Counted from the first letter of the stretch, positions 1 through 9,975 are shown. The stretch is DNA of 64,000 bases from an uncultured Verrucomicrobiae bacterium (GCA_963782115.1 CAWAIK010000020.1:10137-74136), one strand, 5' to 3'. Notes: a model not told the origin generated them from the letters alone. Translations and numbers: made by a program.

Positions 1-2
1 AC

Positions 3-1235
3 GACATCGTTGCGCATGAAGTCACTCACGCTCTTCTCGATGGTTTGCGCTCGGAATTCACCTTCCCGGCCGGTCCGGATGTGCTGGCGTTTCACGAAGC
101 ATTCGTGGATCTGATCGCCTTATTCCAGCGGTTTAGCTATGACGGCGTATTGCGCGCCGCCATTCGTAAGACAGGTCCAAAACTTCAGGCTTCCGCGCTC
201 CTGACAAGCATTGCCGAACAATTTGGCGAGACGACCGAAAGGAAGACAGCGCTGCGCGACGCCTTCGATTTGGATGAAAGCGGACAGCCAAAACGCCGCT
301 ATGATGACGATACTGAAGCACACGCTCGCGGTTCCGTGCTGGTATCGGCCGTGTTCGAAGCATTTACAACGGTGTTCGAACGAAAAGTTGAGCCTTACAT
401 CCGGTTGACGACCAACAGGTCAATGCTACTCCCGCAAAGGGAACTTCCTTCGGAATTAATAGAACTCCTCGCCCGATCTGCCAGCCGTCTCGCCAGCCAG
501 TTCCTCTCTGTACTGATCCGCGCCATCGACTATTGCCCGCCCGTTGATATCACGTTCGGCGATTTCCTCCGCGCCATCATTACCGCAGATGGTGATTTGG
601 TTCCCGACGATCGTTATGCCTTCCGGGAAGCCATGATCGACGCTTTCCGTCGGCGTGCCATTTTTCCGGAGCACGTCGATAGTCTTTCCGAAGATTCGTT
701 GACTTGGAGCAAGCCTAGGGTATCTGTCCCAAAAATCGCGCAGCTTGATTTCGCTAACCTGAAATTTAGAGGCGATCCCCAAAACGCAGCGGGGCCAGGG
801 GAACTCGAGCGCCAGGCGCAGACCCTTGGGAATGTGATCTGCCAGCCGCACCTCCTCAGTGAATGCGGACTTGTCAGCCAGGATGAAGCAGGTCGCAGGG
901 GCATTCAGGCCGAAGCTCCTTGTGTTCAATCAATCCGTTCAACTCGCCGTATTGGCCCGAACGGGCAAGTAGTATTCGATCTTGTCGGTGAAGTGACGCA
1001 ACGCCAATTAGTGTTCTTTGACGGCCGCCGCATGCTATTCTATGGTGGTTCAACTATCATTCTAGGACCAGACGGCGAGATCCGGTATGTTGTGTCGAAT
1101 TCCTTGGTCAGCCGCACGCGTCTCGAAAAACAAATTAGCTTCGTTGCGGCGCCTGGAGGCAAAGCATTCTGGGAAGAAACTCGGGTCGGATTTGTTCAGC
1201 GCCCCAACATGTTCCGCCTGCTGCACAACCTATAA
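3..1235 (+). CDS. zinc metalloprotease (HExxH...E, gluzincin-like), 5'-partial at window edge
   Basis: Frame 3 is open from nt 3. Translation begins DIVAHEVTHALLDG (HExxH), followed about 20 aa later by LAFHEAFVD (candidate third-ligand Glu). The TTG 'start' at 45 in the ORF track is a window-edge artefact. Confidence 0.6.
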   Translation, partial: DIVAHEVTHALLDGLRSEFTFPAGPDVLAFHEAFVDLIALFQRFSYDGVLRAAIRKTGPKLQASALLTSIAEQFGETTERKTALRDAFDLDESGQPKRRYDDDTEAHARGSVLVSAVFEAFTTVFERKVEPYIRLTTNRSMLLPQRELPSELIELLARSASRLASQFLSVLIRAIDYCPPVDITFGDFLRAIITADGDLVPDDRYAFREAMIDAFRRRAIFPEHVDSLSEDSLTWSKPRVSVPKIAQLDFANLKFRGDPQNAAGPGELERQAQTLGNVICQPHLLSECGLVSQDEAGRRGIQAEAPCVQSIRSTRRIGPNGQVVFDLVGEVTQRQLVFFDGRRMLFYGGSTIILGPDGEIRYVVSNSLVSRTRLEKQISFVAAPGGKAFWEETRVGFVQRPNMFRLLHNL

Positions 1236-1360
1236 TCGTCAGCAGATCGCAAGTCTAGGAACCGAGCGCGGGCCGGTTAAGCGTGATGCGAGTCAACTCG
1301 CCGTGCGAAAAATTGAGAATCGTAGCTCCGACTACCTCTCCAGAACCTCCAGAGGACACC

Positions 1361-1891
1361 CTAGAGCTTGTCTTCAACGAAAGTCCCGCAATGCCGTACC
1401 ACTCTGTGGAACTCGGACTCCGGCGTATCCATCGTGAATCCTTCGAGGTTCATCGTGGGCTGATCCGCCTCGATACTAAGGATATCTGTGCCAAGAAACG
1501 ACCAGAAACCTCCATTCGGGCCATCCTGGCGCGCAATCCGCACCTGCGCTTGCCCCGATGTCTCCACAAACAGCGCGTTGGCGGTCGCGTTCCACGCATT
1601 CATGTGCTGCAGGATGCGGCTGCGCAGCGCCGCTTCTGGGCCATCAAGAAAGGAGACGGTCAACCTGACTCCTTGCGTGCCCCAGTATTTAGTGGTCAAG
1701 ACAGCGATGTGCTCCGGGAGAGCAACAAAGCCGGGAATAACACTCGCCAATCGCTGCACTGGCGCATGATTCACAGGATTGATCTGGACTGCCCTTTGCG
1801 CCGCTTGAATCCGAAGACCGGGATTCAGGCGCTTGGGAGTACATGCGATGGCAGCAGACGGGTGACTATTGGATCTGTCTTGGTTTGGCAT
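1361..1891 (-). pseudogene. astacin/metzincin-like metallopeptidase, N-terminal part only, truncated where the zinc site is expected
   Basis: 176-aa ORF with ...GFWSFLGTDIL...QPTMNLEGF...EFHRVVRH, then CGTFVEDKL-stop. In metzincins the HExxHxxGxxH site follows the VV.H position. No in-frame continuation exists and only 126 nt separate it from the convergent gene. Confidence 0.35.
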
Positions 1892-2388
1892 ACTAGTTCG
1901 ACCTGTTTTCGATTTGTTTGGTGAATGATAGGCGGCAGCGATCTTTCCTTGTCCCGGCTGCGCCTAATGCCAAAGCCAGTCCCGGGATATTTCCGTGATG
2001 CCAGCAAACCAATACCAGTCTGCCCTCGTATCCGGCTTCTCAGCATGGCGCATCACAAGTATTTGCTTGGGAGTCATAGTCGATCTCCTCGTTGTTGTCT
2101 GTCCATTATTCTCTGCTCCGATACGGCGTCCTGAACTAAGCAATTGATCGGGATGAGCCTCCGTCCATCAAATGGCTAATCTTCCAGAGTGGGGGGTGCG
2201 TCTCTCATGATACAGAAAGCGTTTACTCGAACAATAACTTTTATGGCATACGATCGCCGGCTATGAAGCGATTCATATCCGCAAAGGTCAAGCGTGCTGC
2301 AGTGCGGCGGGCCCGAAGGTCGGTCTACTGCACCGCTTTCCAAGGAGAGAAACACAAAGAAACGGTGTAATTAATTTCAGAAGATCGA

Positions 2389-2432
2389 AAGATTTTCAGT
2401 CCTCTGCTCTGCCAACTGAGCTACCTAGCCGA
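2389..2432 (-). repeat. tRNA-Phe(GAA)-derived 5' half, copy 1 (not a functional tRNA)
   Basis: The minus strand reads TC-GGCTAGG-TA-GCTC-AGTTGGCA-GAGC-A-GAGGA-CTGAAAA-TCTT: acceptor 5' strand, D arm and anticodon arm with anticodon GAA. No T arm or CCTAGCC acceptor 3' strand follows. Identical over 44 bp to 3637-3680. Confidence 0.75.
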
Positions 2433-2644
2433 CGATTTCCCCCCTCACTCGCCCAAACACCCCTATGCTCTTATCCGCCCTGTCAGATTCGGCGCTTTAT
2501 GAAGTTTGATTGGGTGGCTTATGGTTGCCGGAGTGGAAGATGCCACGGGAAATAAGATGACGTTGAATTTTAGAGAACCAGATTGCGGTTGAGCCACGAC
2601 GAATAGGGTCACCTAAGACGGCCTGGTTAATTGAGCTCCAACAA

Positions 2645-3517
2645 ATGAAAGCCGAGGAAATCTTGCAGGTCATCAAGCAACGGTACAGCAAAGCTGCCCT
2701 AACATCTGGCGCGGCATCCGGCGCGGGGGCAGGTTCTTGCTGTTGTCTGAGCGCGACCCCACTTGGCGCCGGGTTTGCAGCACAACACGGTCTTTACAGT
2801 GCGGCGGATTTGGCATCTGTCCCGGAACTCGCTCTCAAGCTTTCGAGAGGTTGTGGCAACCCTGTGACCTTCGCCGATCTTCGACCGGGAGAGGTGGTCG
2901 TGGATTTGGGGTGCGGTGCGGGCATAGACGTGATTCTGGCTGCTCGCAGGATAACCCCGGAAGGGAAAGTCATCGGGGTGGATTTCGCCCAGCCAATGAT
3001 CGAGCGCGCGACACAAGCGGTTGCAGAGGCGGGCCTGACGGATTTGGTACAGTTCGTGGTCGGCGATTTGGCGCTGTCGCATTTGCCGGATGACTTCGCC
3101 GATGCTGTCATCTCCAATTGCGCCATCAATCTGTGCCCGCACAAGGAGGCAGTATATCGCGAGGCTTTTCGCATTCTAAAACTCGGCGGTCGGCTTGCCA
3201 TTTCTGATGTCGACTATTCCGAAAAACCTGCTCCCGAGGTGAAGGCGCGTTTGGAGGCGACTTGGGCAGGATGTATTGGGGGTTCTATGGAGGAGCATGC
3301 GTATTTTGATCTCATCAAGAAAGCTGGCTTCGAAGAGATTCGTATCGTTTCCAGGCATTGCCTTGGCCCAACGGAACTGGAAGAAATGGCTTCCTGCCCA
3401 GGCCCAGAATTTACGCCACGTCCAGAAAAAGAGGATCTGGCCGCGGTGCAAGGGACGGTAACGAGCGTCAAGTTCACCGCGGCAAAACCGCTTACGCTTC
3501 ATCAAAGACGCGTATAA
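2645..3517 (+). CDS. arsM: arsenite S-adenosylmethionine methyltransferase (ArsM-type)
   Basis: 290 aa. SAM-binding motif VVDLGCGAGIDVILAA, conserved Cys-containing segments GSCCC and RGCGNP, ISNCAINL motif and LKLGGRLAISDV. Confidence 0.8.
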   Translation: MKAEEILQVIKQRYSKAALTSGAASGAGAGSCCCLSATPLGAGFAAQHGLYSAADLASVPELALKLSRGCGNPVTFADLRPGEVVVDLGCGAGIDVILAARRITPEGKVIGVDFAQPMIERATQAVAEAGLTDLVQFVVGDLALSHLPDDFADAVISNCAINLCPHKEAVYREAFRILKLGGRLAISDVDYSEKPAPEVKARLEATWAGCIGGSMEEHAYFDLIKKAGFEEIRIVSRHCLGPTELEEMASCPGPEFTPRPEKEDLAAVQGTVTSVKFTAAKPLTLHQRRV

Positions 3518-3636
3518 ACGATTTTGAAGCGTTTGAATTGGGGTTTCTCGGTCATTACCTGCCTAAGTCATTCAAAAACAGGCTATTCCGAGGGAAATGT
3601 GACAGAGCTAAGAAGGGCAGTAAAAGCGCAGAGTAC

Positions 3637-3680
3637 AAGATTTTCAGTCCTCTGCTCTGCCAACTGAGCTACCTAGCCGA
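3637..3680 (-). repeat. tRNA-Phe(GAA)-derived 5' half, copy 2 (not a functional tRNA)
   Basis: Perfect 44-bp copy of 2389-2432 (AAGATTTTCAGTCCTCTGCTCTGCCAACTGAGCTACCTAGCCGA). Flanking sequence is unrelated on both sides and no T arm follows. Confidence 0.75.
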
Positions 3681-3735
3681 AATGGCAGCGGAGCAGGGAA
3701 TATGGAATGCCGGGGTTCCTGCGCAAGCAGATTCT

Positions 3736-3921
3736 TCAAGCACGATCGAATTCAACAGACTCAATTTCGCCGCAGTGACAGTGCACGTTTAACGCGATCG
3801 GACGGCAACAAACTTCGCAATCCTCAATCGTGGAAAACGTGCCGGACGAAGTGTCTACGACCGTAGTGAAGACCGCTCCGCAGTAGGGGCAAACAACGCG
3901 TGACTCTACTTCGAGGTCCAT
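3736..3921 (-). CDS. CPXCG-motif cysteine-rich small protein
   Basis: From the internal Met: MDLEVESRVVCPYCGAVF...IEDCEVCCRPI...HCHCGE. This is the CPxCG plus EDCxVCCRP pattern of that small-protein family. The start was chosen at Met17 of the tracked ORF. Confidence 0.6.
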   Translation of the reverse strand: MDLEVESRVVCPYCGAVFTTVVDTSSGTFSTIEDCEVCCRPIALNVHCHCGEIESVEFDRA

Positions 3922-4030
3922 CGAGGAATGTACGCACAAAGAAAGTCCCGAACACAATTTTTTTGGCAAATCTCAGCGAAAAACTGAGAACTCCGGGCGG
4001 CCGCTAAACGACAAAAGCGGGAGCTTACGC

Positions 4031-4604
4031 TCAGAGATCTTCCGCGTGACGCGCCCGCGGTTCCCGGTCCCTGATGTGTCCGGCACTGGGTAAAGTGACG
4101 AATGGGCCACCCGCAAGGGGTGCCGGCTGGCTGAAAGCGACATCCGGCATTTCGCTCGGTTTCCCTTCGAGCGGGAAATCTTTCCGGAGGGGATAATATG
4201 GATACCCTTCCCACATCAGAATCCGGCGAAGATCCGGATGACCGGAGAAACGAATACCCATCATGTCATAAACTTCGCGCTCGTGCCAGTTGGCGGTGGC
4301 CCAAAGATGAACGACAGATGCTACTTCAGGATGATCCTCAGATACTCGGGTTTTCAGCCGGAGGTGAATGTTCGAATCCATAGAGTAAAGCTCATAGACA
4401 ACCTCAAACCGAGGCTCATCACCGAAGTTATCGACACTGGAAAGGTCGGAAAGAAAATTGAATCCGAGCTGCTCCTTGGCAAACTTACAGGCTGGCTCGA
4501 TTTGCGCGAGCGTCAGTTCAAGAGTGATTTCGCCGCGAAAATCGGTTCGATGAACGATCTGGAACTGATCTTGGAGTTTGGTAAGCGGCTTCCTCGAGGC
4601 TCAT
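4031..4604 (-). pseudogene. nuoC: NADH-quinone oxidoreductase subunit C, reading frame broken within the first ~10 codons
   Basis: The main frame reads ...PLTKLQDQFQIVHRTDFRGEITLELTLAQIEPACKFAKEQLGFNFLSDLSSVDNFGDEPRFEVVYELYSMDSNIHLRLKTRV...WHEREVYDMMGIRFSGHPDLRRILM. It has no ATG/GTG/TTG upstream of Met at 4381. The ATG overlapping the nuoB stop (ATGA at 4601-4604) is in another frame ([13 protein letters not shown]...stop). Confidence 0.8.
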
Positions 4605-5125
4605 GAAAAGACCTCCAGCAGCTCTTTCTTCTGATCCGAGAATGATTTCTCGTGATCGATCTTATGCTGCAGCTTCATAAGACCTTCGAGAAGCGCTTCC
4701 GGACGAGGCGGGCAGCCGCTAATGTAAACGTCCACCGGGAGGAGGCGATCAATTCCCTGAAGGACCGAATAGCTGCGATACATCCCGCCGGACGAGGCGC
4801 AGGCGCCCATGGCAATCACCCATTTTGGCTCCGGCATCTGGTCGTAGATTCGTTTGACGGCAAGGGCCATCTTATAAGTGACGGTGCCGGCGACGATCAT
4901 GACATCGGATTGTCTTGGCGAAAACCGCATCACTTCTGCGCCGAACCGCGCAATATCAAAACGAGCGCAAGCAGCAGCCATCATCTCAATCGCGCAACAG
5001 GCGAGACCCATTGGCATCGGCCAAAGCGAATTTTTCCGCATCCAGTTGATGCACGCATCAAGGCGGGAAAAAATAATGTTTCCCTCAACTTTAGAATCGT
5101 ACGCTGCCGGGGCAATGGTCGCCAT
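4601..5125 (-). CDS. nuoB: NADH-quinone oxidoreductase subunit B
   Basis: 174 aa with canonical NuoB motifs: [43 protein letters not shown] (N2 Fe-S cluster cysteines). Confidence 0.9.
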   Translation of the reverse strand: MATIAPAAYDSKVEGNIIFSRLDACINWMRKNSLWPMPMGLACCAIEMMAAACARFDIARFGAEVMRFSPRQSDVMIVAGTVTYKMALAVKRIYDQMPEPKWVIAMGACASSGGMYRSYSVLQGIDRLLPVDVYISGCPPRPEALLEGLMKLQHKIDHEKSFSDQKKELLEVFS

Positions 5126-5251
5126 GTAAACAGCTTAAGGGCCAGCGATTTGAGGGCAAGTGAAAAAAGGCGTATCAGGGGTTTCGGCGCGGGGAGGAGC
5201 TCTACATACGCCGACAGGCTCTGTTTGACGCCGTCGCGCGACTAGAGAATA

Positions 5252-7059
5252 GTGCGCTTCCAGATGGGAGGCCGGTTCACTCGCAATTTTTGCATTATCG
5301 CGCATATCGATCACGGGAAAACGACGTTATCGGATCGGCTGCTCGAGATGACCGGAACCATCGAGGAGCGGGACAAGCAGGATCAGTTGCTCGATTCAAT
5401 GGATCTGGAGCGGGAGAGGGGTATCACGATCAAGGCGCACCCCGTGACCATGAAGTATGTGGCCAAGGACGGGCATACCTACCGGCTGAATCTTCTTGAT
5501 ACTCCGGGTCACGTCGATTTTGCCTACGAAGTCTCTCGCAGCCTGGCGGCTTGCGAGGGGGCTGTACTGGTAGTGGATGCGGCCCAGGGGGTGGAAGCCC
5601 AAACGGTGGCGAATGTGCATCTCGCCATGAAACAGAATCTGACGATCATCCCGGTGATTAATAAGGTCGATCTCCCAAATGCCGATGTTCCGACGGTCAA
5701 GAAGCAACTCGAAGATATCCTGACGATTTCTGCGGATGAAGCAATCCTGGCCAGCGCAAAGACGGGGCTCGGGGTCGAAGATGTGCTGGAAGCGATTGTT
5801 CATCGCGTCCCTGCGCCGAAACCGATGACTGACGGGAAACTGAGAGCGCTGGTTTTTGATTCGATCTTCGATGTCTATCGAGGGGTAGTCGCCTATGCGC
5901 GGGTTTTCTCGGGAAGCCTGGTCGCTGGTCAGGGAGTCAAACTGATGAGAACCTCCAATCATTACGAAATCAAGGAGGTGGGCATATTTACGCCTAAACC
6001 GCTGGCTCAGCCCAAGCTCGACGCGGGTCATGTCGGTTATTTCATCGCGAATATCAAGTCGACGACCGAGATCAAGATCGGAGACACTTTAACGGACCAG
6101 CGAAACCCAGCTCTCGAACCGTTACCTGGCTTTCAAGAGATTCATCCGATGGTGTTCAGTGGGATTTATCCGATCAACACCGCGGATTTCGAGCATTTGA
6201 AGACGGCGTTGGGCAAACTGCAGATCAATGATTCCGCTTTTGTCTATCAAGCGGAAAGTTCGGTTGCCCTTGGGTACGGTTTCAGATGCGGGTTCCTTGG
6301 ATTGCTCCATATGGAAATCGTGCAGGAGCGTCTGAGGCGCGAATTCGATATGGACATCATCGCGACCTACCCGAGTGTCGTTTATCACGTTTTGAAGACG
6401 AGCGGGACTCTGGCTGAAGTCGATAATCCTTCGTTTTTGCCTGATCCGAGCGTCATTGAGGAGATTCGGGAGCCGGTGGTAAAATGTTTTGTGATGTGCC
6501 CGAACGAAAATATCGGGGACATGATGCAGTTGATGATGGAGAAGCGGGGAGAATTGAGCATACCGAATCGCTCGACACCCGTCGGGTGATGTTGACTGCC
6601 GTGATGCCGCTCAATGAGATCCTGGTCGATTTTAATGACAAGATCAAATCGCTGACGCATGGCTACGGTTCGATGGACTACGAGCAGAGCGGCTATCGTG
6701 CGGCGGATCTGGTCAAGCTCGATCTGCTGGTCAATGGGGAACCCGTGGATGCCTTCTCGAGTATCGTGCATCGGGACAAAGCCGAAGGGCGCGGCCGGAT
6801 TCTTGCAGCGAAACTGAAGGAGGTTATTCCGCAGCAACTCTTTCAGGTCGCGATCCAGGCTGCCATCGGCGGGAAAATCATTGCGCGTGAGAATGTTGCT
6901 GCCTTGCGGAAGAACGTGACTGCAAAATGTTATGGCGGCGACATCACTCGCAAAAGGAAACTGTTGGAGAAGCAGAAAGAGGGTAAGAAACGGATGAAAG
7001 CGATCGGGAGAGTGAATATCCCGCAGGAAGCATTTATTGAAGTTCTCAAAACCAACTGA
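5252..7059 (+). pseudogene. lepA: elongation factor 4 (LepA), one frame break near 6550-6560
   Basis: ORF 5252-6589 has NFCIIAHIDHGKTT, DTPGHVDF, NKVD and runs to ...MMEKRGE. ORF 6484-7059, in another frame, continues ...[40 protein letters not shown]...[22 protein letters not shown]. The switch lies in GGAGAATTGAG, consistent with one A missing from an A-run. Alternative start ATG at 5264. Confidence 0.9.
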
Positions 7060-8165
7060 TGTTTACGCCCAAATACATTGAAGAGGGCCGCGCTCTGGCA
7101 AAGGCGGCACGAAAAGTAATTAACTATCGAAAAGATGTTGCACGGCCTGACGATCTCGAACGAGTTCGGCAGAATCTTGCCGGACTGACGGAAGCGCTGA
7201 AAAAGCGATCGAGCGAAGGTGTGCAAAGGGCCGAAAAAGAACTTCTTCCCTCGTTGGGCAAACTTCAACCGCTCCGCGATCTGAGCAGCATTCGGGAGAA
7301 CGTGGAGCTGATTGTTGTGGCGATCGTTCTGGCGCTTGGTATCAGGGCCTATTATCTCCAGCCCTTCAAGATCCCCACCGGCTCCATGCAACCGACTCTC
7401 AATGGGGTGATTGGGCACCGTACCGAGGCGCCGCCGCCCAATATCATCGTCCGCGCGTTTCAATTTGTTACGCTTGGCCGCACTTACGAGGATGTGGTCT
7501 CCGAGGAGCCGACAGATTCGATCGATTCAATCTCCCCGGCAAAGGTAAACCCATTCTGGGATGGCTCGGTGATTAGAATGTCTTCCGGAAGAATCTACCG
7601 AGTGGGAATCGATCCGAGGTCCCTGGAAGACCAGATGCGTGTCGGCCCGGGCCAAAGTTTTAAAAAGGGCGATCCGATTGTCCGCGGTTACGCCGATCTT
7701 GGAGATCAACTCTTTGTCGATAAATTCAGCTACAACCTCTTCGGGCCGCATCGGGCGGACGTCTTCGTTTTCCGAACCAATGGAATCCTCGGGATTCCTC
7801 CCGGACCGAATCTTGAGAGCGAGCATTATATCAAACGCTTGGCTGGCCTGCCGGGTGACACTTTGCGGATTCAGCAGCCCAAGCTGTTCGTGAACGGTCA
7901 GGAAGCGAAGGAATATGGATTCGTGCGTGTGGCATCTCAGCAGAATGGCTACACTGGCTATCGAAACATTCCAAGAGATACGATGTATTTAGGTGACGCC
8001 AATGCCACCGTTACGATTCCAAAGGGGAGTTATTTCGCGTTGGGCGACAACAGTGCAAACAGCTATGACAGCCGGTACTGGGGATTTGTCCCGTGGCAGA
8101 ACGTGGTGGGACGAGGAATGTTTGTTTATTGGCCGTTCTCGAGCCATTGGGGATTTGTCAGATAG
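7059..8165 (+). CDS. lepB: signal peptidase I
   Basis: 368 aa. N-terminal TM segment, catalytic-Ser box PTGSMQPTL, Lys box YIKRLAGLPGD, C-terminal GDNSANSYDSRYWGFVP. The ATG overlaps the lepA stop (TGATG). Confidence 0.85.
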   Translation: MFTPKYIEEGRALAKAARKVINYRKDVARPDDLERVRQNLAGLTEALKKRSSEGVQRAEKELLPSLGKLQPLRDLSSIRENVELIVVAIVLALGIRAYYLQPFKIPTGSMQPTLNGVIGHRTEAPPPNIIVRAFQFVTLGRTYEDVVSEEPTDSIDSISPAKVNPFWDGSVIRMSSGRIYRVGIDPRSLEDQMRVGPGQSFKKGDPIVRGYADLGDQLFVDKFSYNLFGPHRADVFVFRTNGILGIPPGPNLESEHYIKRLAGLPGDTLRIQQPKLFVNGQEAKEYGFVRVASQQNGYTGYRNIPRDTMYLGDANATVTIPKGSYFALGDNSANSYDSRYWGFVPWQNVVGRGMFVYWPFSSHWGFVR

Positions 8166-8179
8166 CAGGAGTCAGAATT

Positions 8180-8201
8180 CAGGAGTTCAGGAGTTGCGGA
8201 A
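8180..8201. repeat. left arm of inverted repeat flanking the four-helix-bundle gene
   Basis: CAGGAGTTCAGGAGTTGCGGAA matches the reverse complement of 8646-8667 at 21 of 22 positions. It is embedded in short tandem CAGGAGT(T)-like units (8166-8201). Confidence 0.8.
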
Positions 8202-8213
8202 TTTATGAGTGGC

Positions 8214-8568
8214 TCATCGGTTGGACTCGATTGCGCTGGCGTAGGCAACAAGCAGCTTGGAGACCTCTTCCAGAACGGCCTCCATATCTGCTGTGGCACC
8301 GTATCCCAAATCCTGAATCAGAATCAGATAATATCGGCATTCTTCGAGGGAGCCCTGTGCGACATTGAGAAACCGTGTTTTGTCACTCAACCCGCGCTTC
8401 TTGAATCCTTCTGCGATATTCGCTGGAATCGAAATCGCCGCGCGGCGCATTTGGCTCGTGAGGCAATAGATCTCACTTCTTGGAAAGCTTGCCGTGAGTG
8501 AATAGGTCGCCAGTACGAATCGATGGGCCTTTTGCCTAGTCCTTGAATGTCTTTGCTGGTTTTGCCAT
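8214..8568 (-). pseudogene. four-helix-bundle protein (23S rRNA intervening-sequence protein family), frame broken after ~10 codons
   Basis: The tracked 78-aa ORF (MRRAAISIPANIAEG...GSLEECRYYL) lacks the family's N-terminus. The same frame upstream reads ...TRQKAHRFVLATYSLTASFPRSEIYCLTSQ but has no start codon. ATG at 8568 gives MAKPAKTFKD-stop in another frame. The expected FKDL.VWQKAH junction is collapsed to GAC-TAGG-CAA, implying a small deletion. Confidence 0.6.
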
Positions 8569-8645
8569 GCGGTGGGAAATTGAATTATTTACATAACAAG
8601 TCAACACAATGTTGTACAATCCGCGATTAATTCGATCGTTTCCCA

Positions 8646-8667
8646 TTCTGCAACTCCTGAACTCCTG
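8646..8667. repeat. right arm of inverted repeat flanking the four-helix-bundle gene
   Basis: TTCTGCAACTCCTGAACTCCTG, followed by further (A/C)ACTCCTG units to about 8685. It is the reverse complement of 8180-8201. Confidence 0.8.
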
Positions 8668-8721
8668 CGACTCCTGAACTCCTTCCTCGCGCATGCTGAG
8701 ACCTCCGCTACCGGTTGGCAG

Positions 8722-9948
8722 TTGATCGTTCTTTCCATCGCCGGCGCGCTCATTGGGTACCTCGTCCTGATCTTGGGAAACCCCGCCTCACGGTTTTTCC
8801 GGGACGGTTTGCGATCGCTGCAGCGTCATCCGCGCATGTGGATCTGGCTTTCGGTTTTGGGATTGGTCTACATGATCTTTCAGGCTCTGCAGGCTTATCA
8901 ATTGGGAGAAAGGGAGTTTTCGCTGATGAGTTTGCTCTACTGGCCGGCCTTTAGACCGCGCGATTGGGGAGCATCCGCCAGCCATGCATGGTTGCCGGCG
9001 CTTGAGTTGGTTGCCGGGTTGTTCAACCAGGTTGTGGTCAGTTATCCCACCTCGGCGTTGGCCGCTCTTCTATTTCTGACGAATTGGCGCGGATACCAGA
9101 TGCAGTTTTTGCGTGTGGCGAAGAGCCGCCTTGGCCGATGGTGGTTGGGCGTCTATGTTGGCTTGGTGGTGTGCGCTCTCGCGGCGTTCTGTAAGCCGAT
9201 CTTTTCGCTTTCGATCTATTGGCTTAACCAATATTTTGACGGCATTTTTTTATTGCGCATCGGAGCAATCATCGACTGGCTATCCTTCCAGTTCGAATAC
9301 TTGTTCGGTCTGCTGATCCAGATATTTCTCGTGTTGCTGACCTTTATCTGGATCCGAGGTTTGAATTCCGAACCGGGACGGATTTTCGAATTTGCTCTGA
9401 GACGGGCGGTGTTCGCTGCGAAGTGGGCCGGCGTCGTTCTGCTTGCCAGCCTTCTTCTGATCCACCTGCCATTACTAGTCAGTTACTTGTGGATCACGCA
9501 GCAAACAGATTTCACGAATGCAGTGATCCAGTATATCGAGCAAACCGCTCGGCCGTTAATCGCGGTGGCGCTGATTTTGTTTTGTTCGATTCAGATAACT
9601 CTGATCCTGCACAACGAGACGCTGCGCGAAGCTGTGCTCGAGCACGCTCGATTTGCTCGGCGATATTGGTTCAGGATGATCTGGTTTCTGATCGTGGCCG
9701 GTCTTCACTTGTTTGCTATCATCTGGTTGAACGATTTTATTGTGGGAGCGTTTCCTGAGAGTTCTGTGCCAAACCTCTTGTGTTCCGCTTTGTTTACTCT
9801 TGGCAGGGCGTTTTTGGCGGCATGGTTCCTGGCAAGCTGGGTTTGCCTTTACCGGGCGTCTCAAATAATCCCAAGGAGATTCGATTCTAGTGTACCCGAA
9901 AGAACAGGTAGTTGCGGGAGAACACCAGGATACGGTCTTGAAAATTGA
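8722..9948 (+). CDS. hypothetical polytopic membrane protein
   Basis: 408-aa ORF (TTG start) with many hydrophobic helices (e.g. WWLGVYVGLVVCALAAF, LLIQIFLVLLTFIWI). No recognisable catalytic motif. Confidence 0.5.
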   Translation: MIVLSIAGALIGYLVLILGNPASRFFRDGLRSLQRHPRMWIWLSVLGLVYMIFQALQAYQLGEREFSLMSLLYWPAFRPRDWGASASHAWLPALELVAGLFNQVVVSYPTSALAALLFLTNWRGYQMQFLRVAKSRLGRWWLGVYVGLVVCALAAFCKPIFSLSIYWLNQYFDGIFLLRIGAIIDWLSFQFEYLFGLLIQIFLVLLTFIWIRGLNSEPGRIFEFALRRAVFAAKWAGVVLLASLLLIHLPLLVSYLWITQQTDFTNAVIQYIEQTARPLIAVALILFCSIQITLILHNETLREAVLEHARFARRYWFRMIWFLIVAGLHLFAIIWLNDFIVGAFPESSVPNLLCSALFTLGRAFLAAWFLASWVCLYRASQIIPRRFDSSVPERTGSCGRTPGYGLEN

Positions 9949-9975
9949 GGGCCAACCTTCAATAGTGCTGATTTT

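Noticed and set aside
2389-2432. Functional tRNA-Phe genes at 2389-2432 and 3637-3680
   Set aside because: Both lack a T arm and the acceptor 3' strand. The sequences following the anticodon arm differ between copies and do not fold into a cloverleaf. No plausible 3' half was found within ~100 nt.
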